A stretch of DNA of 64,000 nucleotides from Phoronis australis. Lineage: Eukaryota; Animalia; Phoronida. Position numbers and translations under genes: made by a program. Shown here one piece after another: positions 23,401 through 34,700 of this stretch; the stretch's first letter is position 1, and every line of letters starts with the position of its first letter. The notes under the pieces are model-generated. The model was not told the origin of the DNA. It was given only the letters and a program-made list of their open reading frames with translations, and made no database searches. The DNA is taken from assembly GCA_002633005.1 (NCBI GenBank), contig NMRA01000794.1, forward strand, positions 1-64,000. The letters run 5' to 3'.

Positions 23401-26179
23401 GGATTAGAATTCGGTAACGGAACAAAGAGAAAGTTCCAAACATCCCAGTCTCCAGAACATAACACTGTTATCACCGTGTCATTTTTGTTTAAATACTAAC
23501 TTAATATTTGCTTAAACCTTTCAAGTGATGTTTAACCTATGTTTCTCCTTCACGATCCGATATGAGGTCTTTACAAAAGGGGTGAAAATATGAGCAACAC
23601 AAACTATTCTTTCTAGAACATTCTAACAATGAAGCCAAAGTGGTTGTAAACGTGCTTTCCGGTATTTTGAATATTTTATGATGCAGAGTTAAGGGCTTCG
23701 AGAGAGTTAACTGTCAGTAGTGTAAGGCGACTTGTCACCACGTGCCATTTAATGAACCCACGGTGGTCTCAAGGGACAGCGAGCAGAATGTCTAAACAAA
23801 ATGTGGCAACTTCATCGGAACGCCGGTATTATAGGCGCTTTAAAGTTAAGTAGGACCCTGAAAATATTCAAAATAAAGTAAACACCATATCATATCTCAA
23901 TTACTGATTATTTGTTTCACATGAAACTTTCCTGGTGTCATACATGGTTCTCTTATTTTTTTAAAATATATCCGTTTTTCACGAGGATATCCAAAAGAGG
24001 ATGTTTATGATTTTCACCAAACATTAAAGTTGCACAAAACAAAAACGAATTCAGAAATCTCTTACAATAACTTCATTTTAAGACCCCACCACAAACATTT
24101 TACCAATTCACGTGACTGATACCAGTGTTTAGTTTTTGCCTATTTTAGTAAAAAGACATGGTAACGTGATCCAATTAACATTGGACTGTAAAAATCAAAT
24201 ATCAAATTATGCAGCATTTCTATTCTTCGAAAATATTGATGATCCCAAGTTTGAATTTACAGCTTTGTAGACAGTGGGCTGAATATGCGATAAAGCTCTT
24301 AATGCAAGCAACACTAGTGTTATATAGCGCCTTAATAAATGATCGAAAAATATTGGATTTGTCAACCATTAAAAGTATACATTTGGTGAGAGGGGACAAT
24401 TTTTTTGATTCTGAAAATATGCCTTTTTCTATTAAGTCTTTATTAGAGTCAGGTAACCACGTTTTATGTCAAGTGCTCATGTGCAAGGGAGGTACATGTG
24501 CAAGGAAGGTACATGCGCAAGGAAGGAACACGTACAAGTGCAAGGAAGGTAGACGTGCAAGGAAGGTACATGTGCAAGGAAGGTACACGTACAAGGAAGG
24601 TACATGTGCAAGGAAGGTACATGTNNNNNNNNNNNNNNNNNNNNNNNNNNNNNNNNNNNNNNNNNNNNNNNNNNNNNNNNNNNNNNNNNNNNNNNNNNNN
24701 NNNNNNNNNNNNNNNNNNNNNNNNNNNNNNNNNNNNNNNNNNNNNNNNNNNNNNNNGTGCAAGGAAGGTACACGTGCAAGGAAGGTACATCTGCAAGGAA
24801 GGTACGTGTGCAAGGAAGGTACATGTGCAAGGAAGGTACATCTGCAAGGAAGGTACAAGTGCAAGGAAGGCATATGTGCAAGGAAGGTACACCTACATGG
24901 GTGTGTTATAGGATACTAACCCTAGACGATTTTACTGAAACTATTTTGAAAAGAACATTGGGATGCGAATTTTTGATTAGTCACTTAGTTAGGATTTTAT
25001 GTCAAAGTTACTCCCAAAACACAAAGCATTATATTAAAATTGCTGTGATCTTATTCGTATATTCCTCGGCACGGAAAAACTAGGCATTTAAAGCACAATC
25101 GTGAGAGTATTTTGGAAAGACAATGTGAAGTTTTTGTTCAAGAAAGTTCTAATAAAATATACTGGGGGATATTTTTCTATCAATGCACATGGAAAATTAA
25201 AATTTTGTTAAAAACGACAAAAACACAATGGCAAGAAGAATATTTTTGGACTTTTCCGTCTTTCGCCTTTCAGAAAATATATATTTTAATGAATGACAAA
25301 TACTAGTTTTTCACGATATTTGAAATAAAGTTGAAGTCGTTTATTAAGGTCATACATAACATGAACACCAATAGAGAGTGGTTCTTTGACATCAAAACCA
25401 ATGTGTCAACATAACAACATAACAAAGGATTAGATATGAAAGAGACATATCCCTATGTCAGTATATATGATTCTGAAAAATAAAGACGATCTATTAATTG
25501 AAAAATTTGCCCCAGTAACCTGGCTTATTCTAACCAACCTTTGCCATAGATTAACATGACTCCACTTCCCTTAGAGGCTTTATTTTGGAAAGGACTTACG
25601 GTACAACACTGCTTAACGCCATTTTGGCTTGTCAGATATCAAACGTGTTTTAGTAAAACTGATATTTAGCGATAGCATTGTTTCAGGAGCTAGTAGAACT
25701 TTGGGGCTATCTGCTTTATTTAAAAATTACAGTGCGTTATTTCTTTACGTAAAACTTGAGAAAGCTCAAACGAAATGCAATAAGACAAAGACATAAATAT
25801 TTTATGAACAGCAGGGCATGTAAACTGAGATACGAACGCTTTTGTCAACTTATTAGTCAAGCGAGCTTTGTAATGTGCAAAATGGAGGAATCTCCGTTAT
25901 ACAAACTTTATTGTCACAGTTCTTGGGCTTCTTCATCGTAAACAAGCAATTGTCGTAATCCTCTTGCAAATGACAATAAATGACAATTTAAAAAATTAAA
26001 TAAAACATGCTCCCATTGTTCACCTTTTCCGAAATCTCTCGCATCGTCACTTCTCGGTCTTCTGGCTGGACGTATCTCAACGGACCCTCTTCAGCAGTAC
26101 ACGCAGGGAGAAGAACAATTACGAAACAAAGTAACACTTTTATCCCTGTTCGAAAAGCACAGTGACCTGAGCACAACAT
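20454..26179 (-). CDS. gene C: small secreted basic protein (~129 aa to the first stop), possibly a truncated or pseudogenised cystine-knot precursor
   Basis: Phase-compatible GT-AG exons: 26179-26024 (MLCSGHCAFRTGIKVLLCFVIVLLPACTA signal peptide..EISEK), 22704-22639 (METKMKVEFQSKRTKVKGEVKM), 20940-20845 (KKAAVAAVLSK..KQEKA), 20525-20447 (LEKFAEHNTLNRILFYKEQRIYS* with TAA at 20454-56). Confidence 0.55.
21095..21715. repeat. 44-bp minisatellite, 14 apparently identical copies
   Basis: Unit AATGCCGCTGTTACCAAGTCATGATCATTGCGCATGTTATATTG; 616 bp = 14 x 44, no spacers. Confidence 0.97.
21862..22066. mobile_element. diverged GGCGGATC-family MITE with 5-bp TSD
   Basis: CACTGGCAGATCT ... AGACCCGCTTCTG flanked by TAACT on both sides. 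Confidence 0.6.
24481..24893. repeat. 17-bp minisatellite spanning an assembly gap (N 24625-24756)
   Basis: Unit GTGCAAGGAAGGTACAT with variants; it explains the overlapping ORFs in all six frames. Confidence 0.95.
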
Positions 26180-26737
26180 TTCACCTCGACAGCGGGGCGT
26201 TATATGTTCGATGTATACTTGTAATTTCCGTTGCGTACGTCTAACTTTTTACGCTTCACAGTCTTAAATGGCAAACATCTCTAAAGTACTGATATCCCGA
26301 GGTCGTTAATAAAACTCGTGATTAAGCATCATCCCCTCAATGCTCAAATTAAGTAACAAACATCTGGTTGCTCATACATGTACACTCATTCAAGCATAGT
26401 ACATACACTTGGCCAATTGACTTAAACTCTACAGTAATTATGCCAAGAAACTAATTACGTACACTTAGACGTCAGCTTGAAGTCAAAGGTTTCCCGAGTT
26501 TATCACTGAGTAAAATTTGCGCTGCGTTGTAGCCATTAATTAATCCCAAGGATTAATAATCAAAATATGAGTGTGTATGAAAATAATATATTATAGTATA
26601 TGGTTGTCACTAATACTATGACAATTATTTATATTATCATTTTTATTATTATTCTAATAATTTTATAACTGTTATTTTCATTGCTATTACTATTTTAGTA
26701 TAATATTTATTGGTATTATTATAGTTATTTGTTATTA

Positions 26738-27006
26738 TTGTTGCCTTTACCACTACCACCTCATTTACCGAAGTTATGAAATCAGACAGAATGTTTTACT
26801 ACAAATCTAGCATTCGAGGCAACTTCGAGTCATTTGGGAAAGTGGGTGTTGGCATTTCCAGTTCGAGGGTGACAACACAGTTAAAGCTAAAGTAGGCCTT
26901 TCCATCCGACACTGGATCCAGTTGCCTCGAATGCTAGATTTGTAGTAAAACATTCTGTCTGATTTCATAACTTCGGTAAATGAGGTGGTAGTGGTAAAGG
27001 CAACAA
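26738..27006. repeat. perfect 87-bp inverted repeat with 95-bp spacer
   Basis: 26738-26824 is the reverse complement of 26920-27006. Confidence 0.92.
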
Positions 27007-28034
27007 GAAACCACTCGTTTTTCATTTTAAGCACTGGTCATTATTAAGCTTGTACCTACTTAACGCCAACACAGATGTGATATGGTTTTAAAGTTTGAAG
27101 ACACAAAATCTTCTAGACCATTGTCTGCGCCTACGAGACATATCTCCATGTACTGCCTCACCTCGACCAATGGCATTCTTGTACTCATCTCAAACTTGAC
27201 TGAAGAAAATACGAATTCTAATATCGTAACCGTACATGTAAGTACCATTGGTGAAACGTTAGCTTTGTGAAGGAAATCGGTGAATATCGGGGTTTGAATA
27301 CATGTACCCTTTATTGTGTTTTGATGTTATAAACCTACGATCTGCCAGAATAATATGTACACCACGCAGTATAAAATACGTCTAGTGGTTTCTTCTTCAA
27401 TTTTAAGGTGGTTTTTGAGCTGTAAACAACGTGCACTTTGGTACTGCTGAAAACTGTACATGAACGTGGCGATTACATGTAAATCACCCACCTAGCTAAG
27501 AGTGACTGTTTAGCTTTGATATCGCACATGAAAGGCAAAGGCGCAAAAAGAAGTTCATTTTAACACCAAAACTCGGTTTTCAGCGGCTTTAAAGAAGCAA
27601 ATCTATTGGGACGTAGGTTGCAAGCCTAGGAGGTGGGTCGTCCGTTTTTTGATAATACAAAATGAATTACATCGACGGTTGTTTGAATGTGACAACACCG
27701 GTAACCGCTTGAGATCAGTTCGTTACTATGCGTGGATACCGGCATAGCGTATCAAGATTATCTCCCTCAACAATATACATATACATGTACATGACGGAAA
27801 GTCTTCCTCTCACTTCATTCACTCTCCCGCATGAGCCGGTCAAGGTTCAAAACAATTGAATGAATGGTCTCACTTTGATGTCCATTCAGATGTCTTAGTC
27901 CGTAATCCCGTCATTTACCATACCTGTCCCTGCATGTAGACTGGGAACGCACGCGGTATATGAAGAAAATATTTTGTGAGGAAAATCTATCAGCGCTTCA
28001 CATCGGGGTTACGATGTACCTGTAACTACTCAGT

Positions 28035-28079
28035 AGTCACTGAAGATTCCAGGGAAATTTTCTACGAAACATGTCGGCT
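28035..28079 (+). ncRNA. degenerate hammerhead-like motif
   Basis: agtca CTGAAGA (19 nt, poorly paired) GAAACATGTC ggct. Confidence 0.3.
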
Positions 28080-28411
28080 TTGTTGATTTGCATAAGAGCA
28101 AACATTGTACAATGTAGGGTAAAACTATTGGTGTCTTCTGCACTTGAAGTCAAAACTATACTTAATCTGCACCGCAAATAGTAATCGATAATGCACTCGT
28201 GTTTACTAATAATTAATTAATATTCGCCGACTGTAGCCCTAGGATCCCCAGTCTTCATTATTAAACACAGGTGAAAACGTACAGGGATCTAGTACACTTC
28301 AGAGATGGGAAGTTTGTCCGTGGGTGACCACCTAGGGTTGCACCTACGTGCCTGTATTTTAATATGATACTTTTTTGATTCCTGAGATTGACGAAGAGTA
28401 AAATATATTTC

Positions 28412-31400
28412 TTTATTGCCCCTGGTGACACGGAAATTCGCCTTTTGTGAAGACGGAAACATCCACAAAGCAGTGATCACACATTTTCTCTCAGCAGACG
28501 TGCGCAGGGATTCATTTGATTGACGGTCTGCTCGAATATGCAGTGCACGAAAAAAGTAGTCAGGCAAAATATCGCTTCCCCTTCACTAAGGCTAAACACG
28601 ACGACAACAAAATCGTCTGAAAATGATTGTAATGTCGGGAAAGTCTAATCAAGAAAAGGTTTGGCCACTCTTCTAACTGTTCTCTCGATTCCTGTCTTTC
28701 TCGTTTGTGAAGAAAGGCTATTCTGGCGATGAATATGACGCCAGCACAGCCATTGTGACAGGAATTTTGTCTGAAGAATATGTTTGAGATGTAGGGTCAA
28801 TGAAGTTGTTTTTCAAGCAGAGCAGATAACATCATTCAAATGAACTAGCGCCGTTGTGTGCAGGTCGTTTGACCCCAGGCTGTAGTAAAGTATGGATAAC
28901 AGATACTGTAGTCTGGACACTTTCACAAAAGAATTTCGAAAGATGTGCTCGTCAATTTAAACGTCAGAAGGTTTTTCGGAAACTTGAATAGGGTTCAGTG
29001 TCTAATTAATGAATGAATTATAATTTTAATTCCAAGTGACGTCACAAAAAACCGGTGGCTACCGATATACTTAGCCAGAGGTCCCTGAATCTAAAATTAA
29101 TGGATGACTCGTTAATGAAGGCATCAATATACAATATAATGATTTCACGAGGAAGCAGTCATACTTTTGACACTGTTCGCAACCTTATATGTACAAACAG
29201 TTCAGAGATTATCGTGATGGTATCCTGATGGGCCTTTGTGCTCAAAGAGTTAAATCACACTTCAATGTACTTCAACTTTTTTATTTACATGTAAGTTTAC
29301 TATTAATAAAATTTTGTCTAATAGTGAGTCGCATGTCTTTTGAAAGTAACTTGTTAGTTTGCCTTAGTTTGGTAGTAATGCTCTAGCGTGTGCAGATTTT
29401 GTCAGATTTTTATGTTTGAGAGAAGCAATTTTTTATGATTCTGTGGACATGGTAGAAGCTATACAAGTGGAAGAATATGACCACGTGTGGCTTCCACGTG
29501 CTCTGTTCTATTGAATTAATGGTCGTATGCTAGTTTGGATTTATTGGTGAAAGCGACCTTCGTTTTTTGTTGAATACAAGTTTGTAAAAATGCGATAATG
29601 TATTTATTCTCCACCTTACACGTACATGTAGATATTTCTTGCCTGCCATGCTCCCTTCAAAGTACGGTGTCCAGGTTTGCTCTGAAATATGTAACTCCAC
29701 AAATTTAGAGAGGTGATAGCAAAATAATCATTCAAGAAAAACGTAAAACGTTTTGAAGTTTCGAAAAATGCACCTCGGTCACTAAATAATGTTGAGCTAT
29801 CGATTATATGATCAGTCCTACAAGGTTAAACCTGACGTGTCCTCATCAACCCGCACATGTACATGTATGTTATAGTAGCTGCCCTGGGGATATTCGTTAT
29901 ACTTGTATATACTCCAGATTGGCTCTCATGAATTTGCTGGTTAGGTAAAGTGTATCGGATTTTTACACGGATTTTAACAATAACAACTGTTGACAATACG
30001 AAATATAATTTGTTATTATTACAGTTGCAATGAACACAATGCATGAATGTTTTAATGAATCTATAACTCCAATAAACTCTGATCGCAGTAGCAGGCCCGA
30101 GTGCCGGTTCTGAGCAAGCCTGCCGACTGCTGAAGAATGGTTATTCAAAACCCACTGAGTCGCCCCTTGGGGTTGACGTAAGATCTAGGGCTGTGAAATT
30201 GAAAGGTTTTCATCTCTTATCTGACGAACTCCGTCATCAACAGAAATTCCAGCCACAGTTGTGTAACGTTTGTAGTGTCTGTACAAACTCCAGGTGTCAC
30301 TCAGTTGAGGACTAAACTAAAATGCAAAGACGTCATCATCAAATTGACTAAGCTGTTGAAGGATAACAAAAATCATTATTTTTCAAAACATGAGCGACTA
30401 TTAAATTTAATTTAAGTTACATTTGTTAAAACCGAGACCAAACCAAGCCAAGTTCAGCCGAAAATCAAAGGCCGTGGCTTTTTTAGGAATACACGATTAC
30501 AGAATGATAATATTTGTTTGATTTGCAATTTCCATATTAGGGATAATTTATGTACAATACGAAGTAGTACTTAAACCCTCCTCCTAAGACTTATAGGAAG
30601 TGTTAACAATCTGGCGACGAGTACATGTACTTACTCTGGCGAATTTCTCACCCCAACCTTGCGGAAAAACGTCCAGGTTTGGTCTATCTTGGGAATTGCC
30701 GGATTCTAATTCGCTTCGATGGAGGTTAGAAGAGGTTCATGTAACCAGTCAAGCGAACGGGCTAAGGACGCTATCTGTAAAGGTTTAATTTGATTATTTG
30801 CAGGGCATCAATAGCAGTGGAATGTTAGGAGAATGACCAAATATCTTTAAAGCATCAAAGAATCAGTCAGTTGAGTGTTTTAATGATAATCAAATCAGAT
30901 GTTTTGTAGCCGCATAAAAGTGACCTGTGCACTTCTGATGCCAAAGGGCCACCCCGGATTACACGGCGACAGAATTCTTTTTGTTCCGGAGATAAGAATT
31001 CACGTGAACTCGTTTTGGGAATCAGGCCTATTTGCGTGTTTCTCGTTGAGGTCGGGACGGCGATAATGTTCGCATCACGCATGCACGGGTACTAATCGAG
31101 TTCATCAACTTTCTCACGTCGAAGTTGCAGCCCACAGCACAGCATTACCACTTCGTTGACATTCGAAGGAGGAAATGAGTAATGCAACTGTGAAATCTTG
31201 CAAAGGATCAGACAACAAAAACAATATACCTGTTATTCCAATGGCACAAAAACGAGATAGCAATTGCACCTGACAGAAGCTTACGGCATTGGGGGGAAAT
31301 CAGTCATGAGAAGTCTTGAAGCGATATATTGAACGTAGTCAGGTAGCTGCTTCGCTTATTGGAATCTTCAGCGTCAACCGTCATAGTAAACATGGATTGT

Positions 31401-31787
31401 TCGCTAAAGGCTGTAATCTTCGGCGACATTAATTGTAACGAACAAAAATGCGGATGAGAAAATTTTCGCTACTACTGGTGCCTTGAAATGTTTGCTGTAC
31501 CATTTGCACACGCCTATCATGGAAACTATGAACATAGCTCTGACAGGAATAGAGGGATGTTTCCATAATCTGTCAAGAGGAGCATGCGCAACACAGATCT
31601 TATATGCTACATAGAAATCAACAAGATTTTGTATGTAATGAAAACGGAGATAATATCTATCCACATTCAACAACACATTAAAATCGTTGTTGAATTCTAT
31701 GAGAGCTAAACGTAGATGTTCAAGTATGTCCACCCTCTCCTGATCGCGTATTTTCACGTTTGTGTCCGGCTTTGGGTCAGGTATTTC
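28412..31787 (-). pseudogene. decayed ZP-module-like 3' exons of gene B
   Basis: 31787-31230 is ZP-N-like (VKIRD..VLLNVDRY..VDFYVAYKICV, with apparent C>R and C>Y losses). 31187-30925 is ZP-C-like (C-x17-GCNFD). 28770 onward reads QNSCHNGC..HKRER plus a hydrophobic stretch. Many stops; AATAAA at 28417-28412. Confidence 0.45.
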
Positions 31788-34700
31788 TCATAGTGACCTC
31801 TGGTGGGATGAATCTGAAATAACAGATCAAGTGGATCACAGAAGGTGCTCAAACGTCAATGAAACGTGTGTTCTAGAGTTGATATTTTAAGTGGTGGAAT
31901 GTTTAGAAATTCCATTTAAAACATTGGTTAACAAAAATCTCAAGCAAATGCAAACGGATGTGGGAGATTTCTGCCTCGTGAGGGGCCACACTCTCTTTCT
32001 ATTAGCACATGGCATCAACAGGTAGAGCTGCGAGTGAATCATAAGGTTGCTATTCTATCCACACAGGATTTGCAAAATTGAAAGTCACTGGATTAATTCC
32101 TTAAATCTTTGGAACTGGTAATTTATTTTCCAAATATGCACTAAATCAAAAGCTTTCTATTGCAGTGTGTTCAGTAGTACTCACCCGCTTTCTATTTAAC
32201 AGAGATGAACATCCGTATTGGTAGCACTCTTCCGTTTTCGTGACCGCTCTCGCACACACATACGCACACACGCACGCTCGTACACTCCTTGCCAGATGCA
32301 GGCATTCATAAAATCTCAAACAGAAACGAACAAAACTACGAATTGCAATCACACTTTAATAAACTGAGATATTAATTGAATAGGTTAAATATTATGAAGA
32401 ATATAAATCGGTAAATAAAACAACAAGAATGGATCAACTGAAATTTGAAATTTTCGGATGTAACAACTTCCTTTTGTTGATAAAGGAAGTTGTTACATCC
32501 GAAAATTTCAAATTTCAGTTGATCCATTCTTGTTGTTTTATTTACCGTTTTATATTCTTCATTTCATGAAACAATAGTATCCTTGGGAGGATCTGGATCG
32601 CCTTATTTAGTTTCAGATATATTTTCTACGTTAAATATTATGGTATGATGCGTTGATGGTGGATTGGGAAAATGCTAAATGTATTCCTCAAAAAGTTCAT
32701 CACATTCTTAGAATACTATCCCGGATGCCCTTAACCAACATCCATGGTGTCACATTCCCAAGTTCAGAACGTCTCTAAGTGATTAAAATGTCTTCAAGGG
32801 CATGCGCACACCCAGGGGGCGGGGTTAGTGGACAAAAAGGTCTGCCTCAGAGAAACAAAAATCCGGCAAAACGAGACAAAAAGTCCACTTAACAGGCGCA
32901 AACGCACAATTCCCAGCTGTAGACGTGGTATCCCGTTTTTTTAGTCCTTCGGCTGCTTTTGTCGGTAAAAGGTCCTTATCGTCGGAAATTCGAGCCCTCC
33001 ATATTAAAGGCTGGGTGCACGCATGAAGGCTACTCCGTTGGAATGATTTACAAAAAGTTAAAATGTTATTTTTCAGGATTTGATCAATTGTCTAAGGGTG
33101 CATATACATGCTCGTTATGTCTGAGAGGCCAAACCTACCATTAATGGAAGGCGTTTTGCTGCCTCCTGATGTTGTAGTTGAGGCAAATGTCAAGGACGTG
33201 AACAACATCGGTTTTGTCGGTGGTGAACTAGTTGTCGACGTAGACGAAGTTGTCGACGTAGACGAAGTTGTCGACGTAGGTGACGTTGTTGTCGTAGACG
33301 TTGTTGATGACGTAGTTGACGTTGTTGACGTAGACGACGTTGTCGATGTAGATGATGTTGTTGAGGTGGATGACGTTGTTGACGTAGACGACGTTGTCGA
33401 TGTAGACGATGTTGTCGACGTAGAAGAAGTAGTTAAGGTCGATGTGGTGGGAGATGAAGCTGATGTTGTAGGTGTTGTGCAGGCGTGATCTGTAAAGAAC
33501 ATGAAATATTCTACAAAAATCAGAACCTCACTTCCTTTACATCATCTAACTACTAACAAAAATACACGGTGATATAATCCTAGAAATGTCTCCTCACTCA
33601 GTCCAATGACACATGTATGTTTCACGAAGTACTTATTTTCGCCACGCAGTAAAACTTTAATATTTCAAACAGTCACAGCACGGCTCAACGATCGCTTACC
33701 TAAATTAGGTACATGTTTCTCCAAGTGTCCTTTGACTACATGTGGGAATTGCCAAACTTTCCCTTTCCTAGCTTTTGCCTTCACGAATTATTTTGCCTTG
33801 TGTTTACTAGAGTAGATTACGGGCTTTAAGATGACTTGTCGACTTTGAATCATGTACATGTACAGTAGGTATTTTGTGAAAGAGTGTAATCGTACGTAGA
33901 ACAGATTTTAAATGGAAGTCAAGAGACACTATACTCTTCGAGAATCAGCTCCTATTATTTTCAAGCGATGCACACCACGAATCACTTGAAATATCTACTA
34001 CTGAATAGCAAGCACTGGTATAAAAATTTGACGTAATAGTACAACTCACAAGATGTGAGTGCACGAGGACTCTTCGTGTTACAGCCATACTGACCGTGAA
34101 TCCAGCGCTGACTTGTAAACGTAAAACACAATACACGCGAATAGGTTATCCGGGTATATCGTCATGTGTATATGTTGTCATTAATTCCAATTTCATTGTG
34201 TGGAGCATTCTTGTTTTCCTATTTGTTTAAATCTTGAGTAAAACTGGCAAATCAGGATTTTTTAAATACTTGGAGTGAATGGAACTTTGCCTATCCGTAA
34301 CAAAATGGTGGACGCTGACGTGTATTCACTTTACATCATAGCTAATGAGAGGGAAGTACTGACAGTGGACCAACACACTCAAATGATAACCAAGTTTCAG
34401 AAAGACGTGGTCCAGTTCCACGTGGCTGACTTATGTCCATTTTTGATGGGTATAAAATTTGTGTGCTACTAGAACTTTAAATTTGTCTTAGCCAAGTTAT
34501 TTTTGGAACGGACGCCAGAAGTGCAGGTTACAGCCGTTTTGACGGACAAAAAAGGGAACATGGAAGACGGGGCCTTCTGGTTTCAGGCTTAAATGTGTTA
34601 ACTGGGACTCGACAGACCACTGAGAAAGCATCCCGCTTAAGGCTTGGGGACTTTCCACCGAGAAATCTACAGAACTTGTTCGCCTTAACTTGAATTTTGG

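Noticed and set aside
24209-25083. Long Cys/Lys-rich ORFs in all six frames
   Set aside because: Artefact of a stop-free 17-bp satellite plus an N gap.
31788-31790. In-frame TGA as selenocysteine, read-through or an alternative genetic code
   Set aside because: Downstream sequence also contains TAG and TAA stops, frameshifts and lost cysteines, which fits decay; the 12 upstream exons use the standard code.
33108-33488. Val/Asp-rich ORF on the + strand
   Set aside because: Antisense shadow of the Thr/Ser mucin exon, which has proper splice sites on the minus strand.
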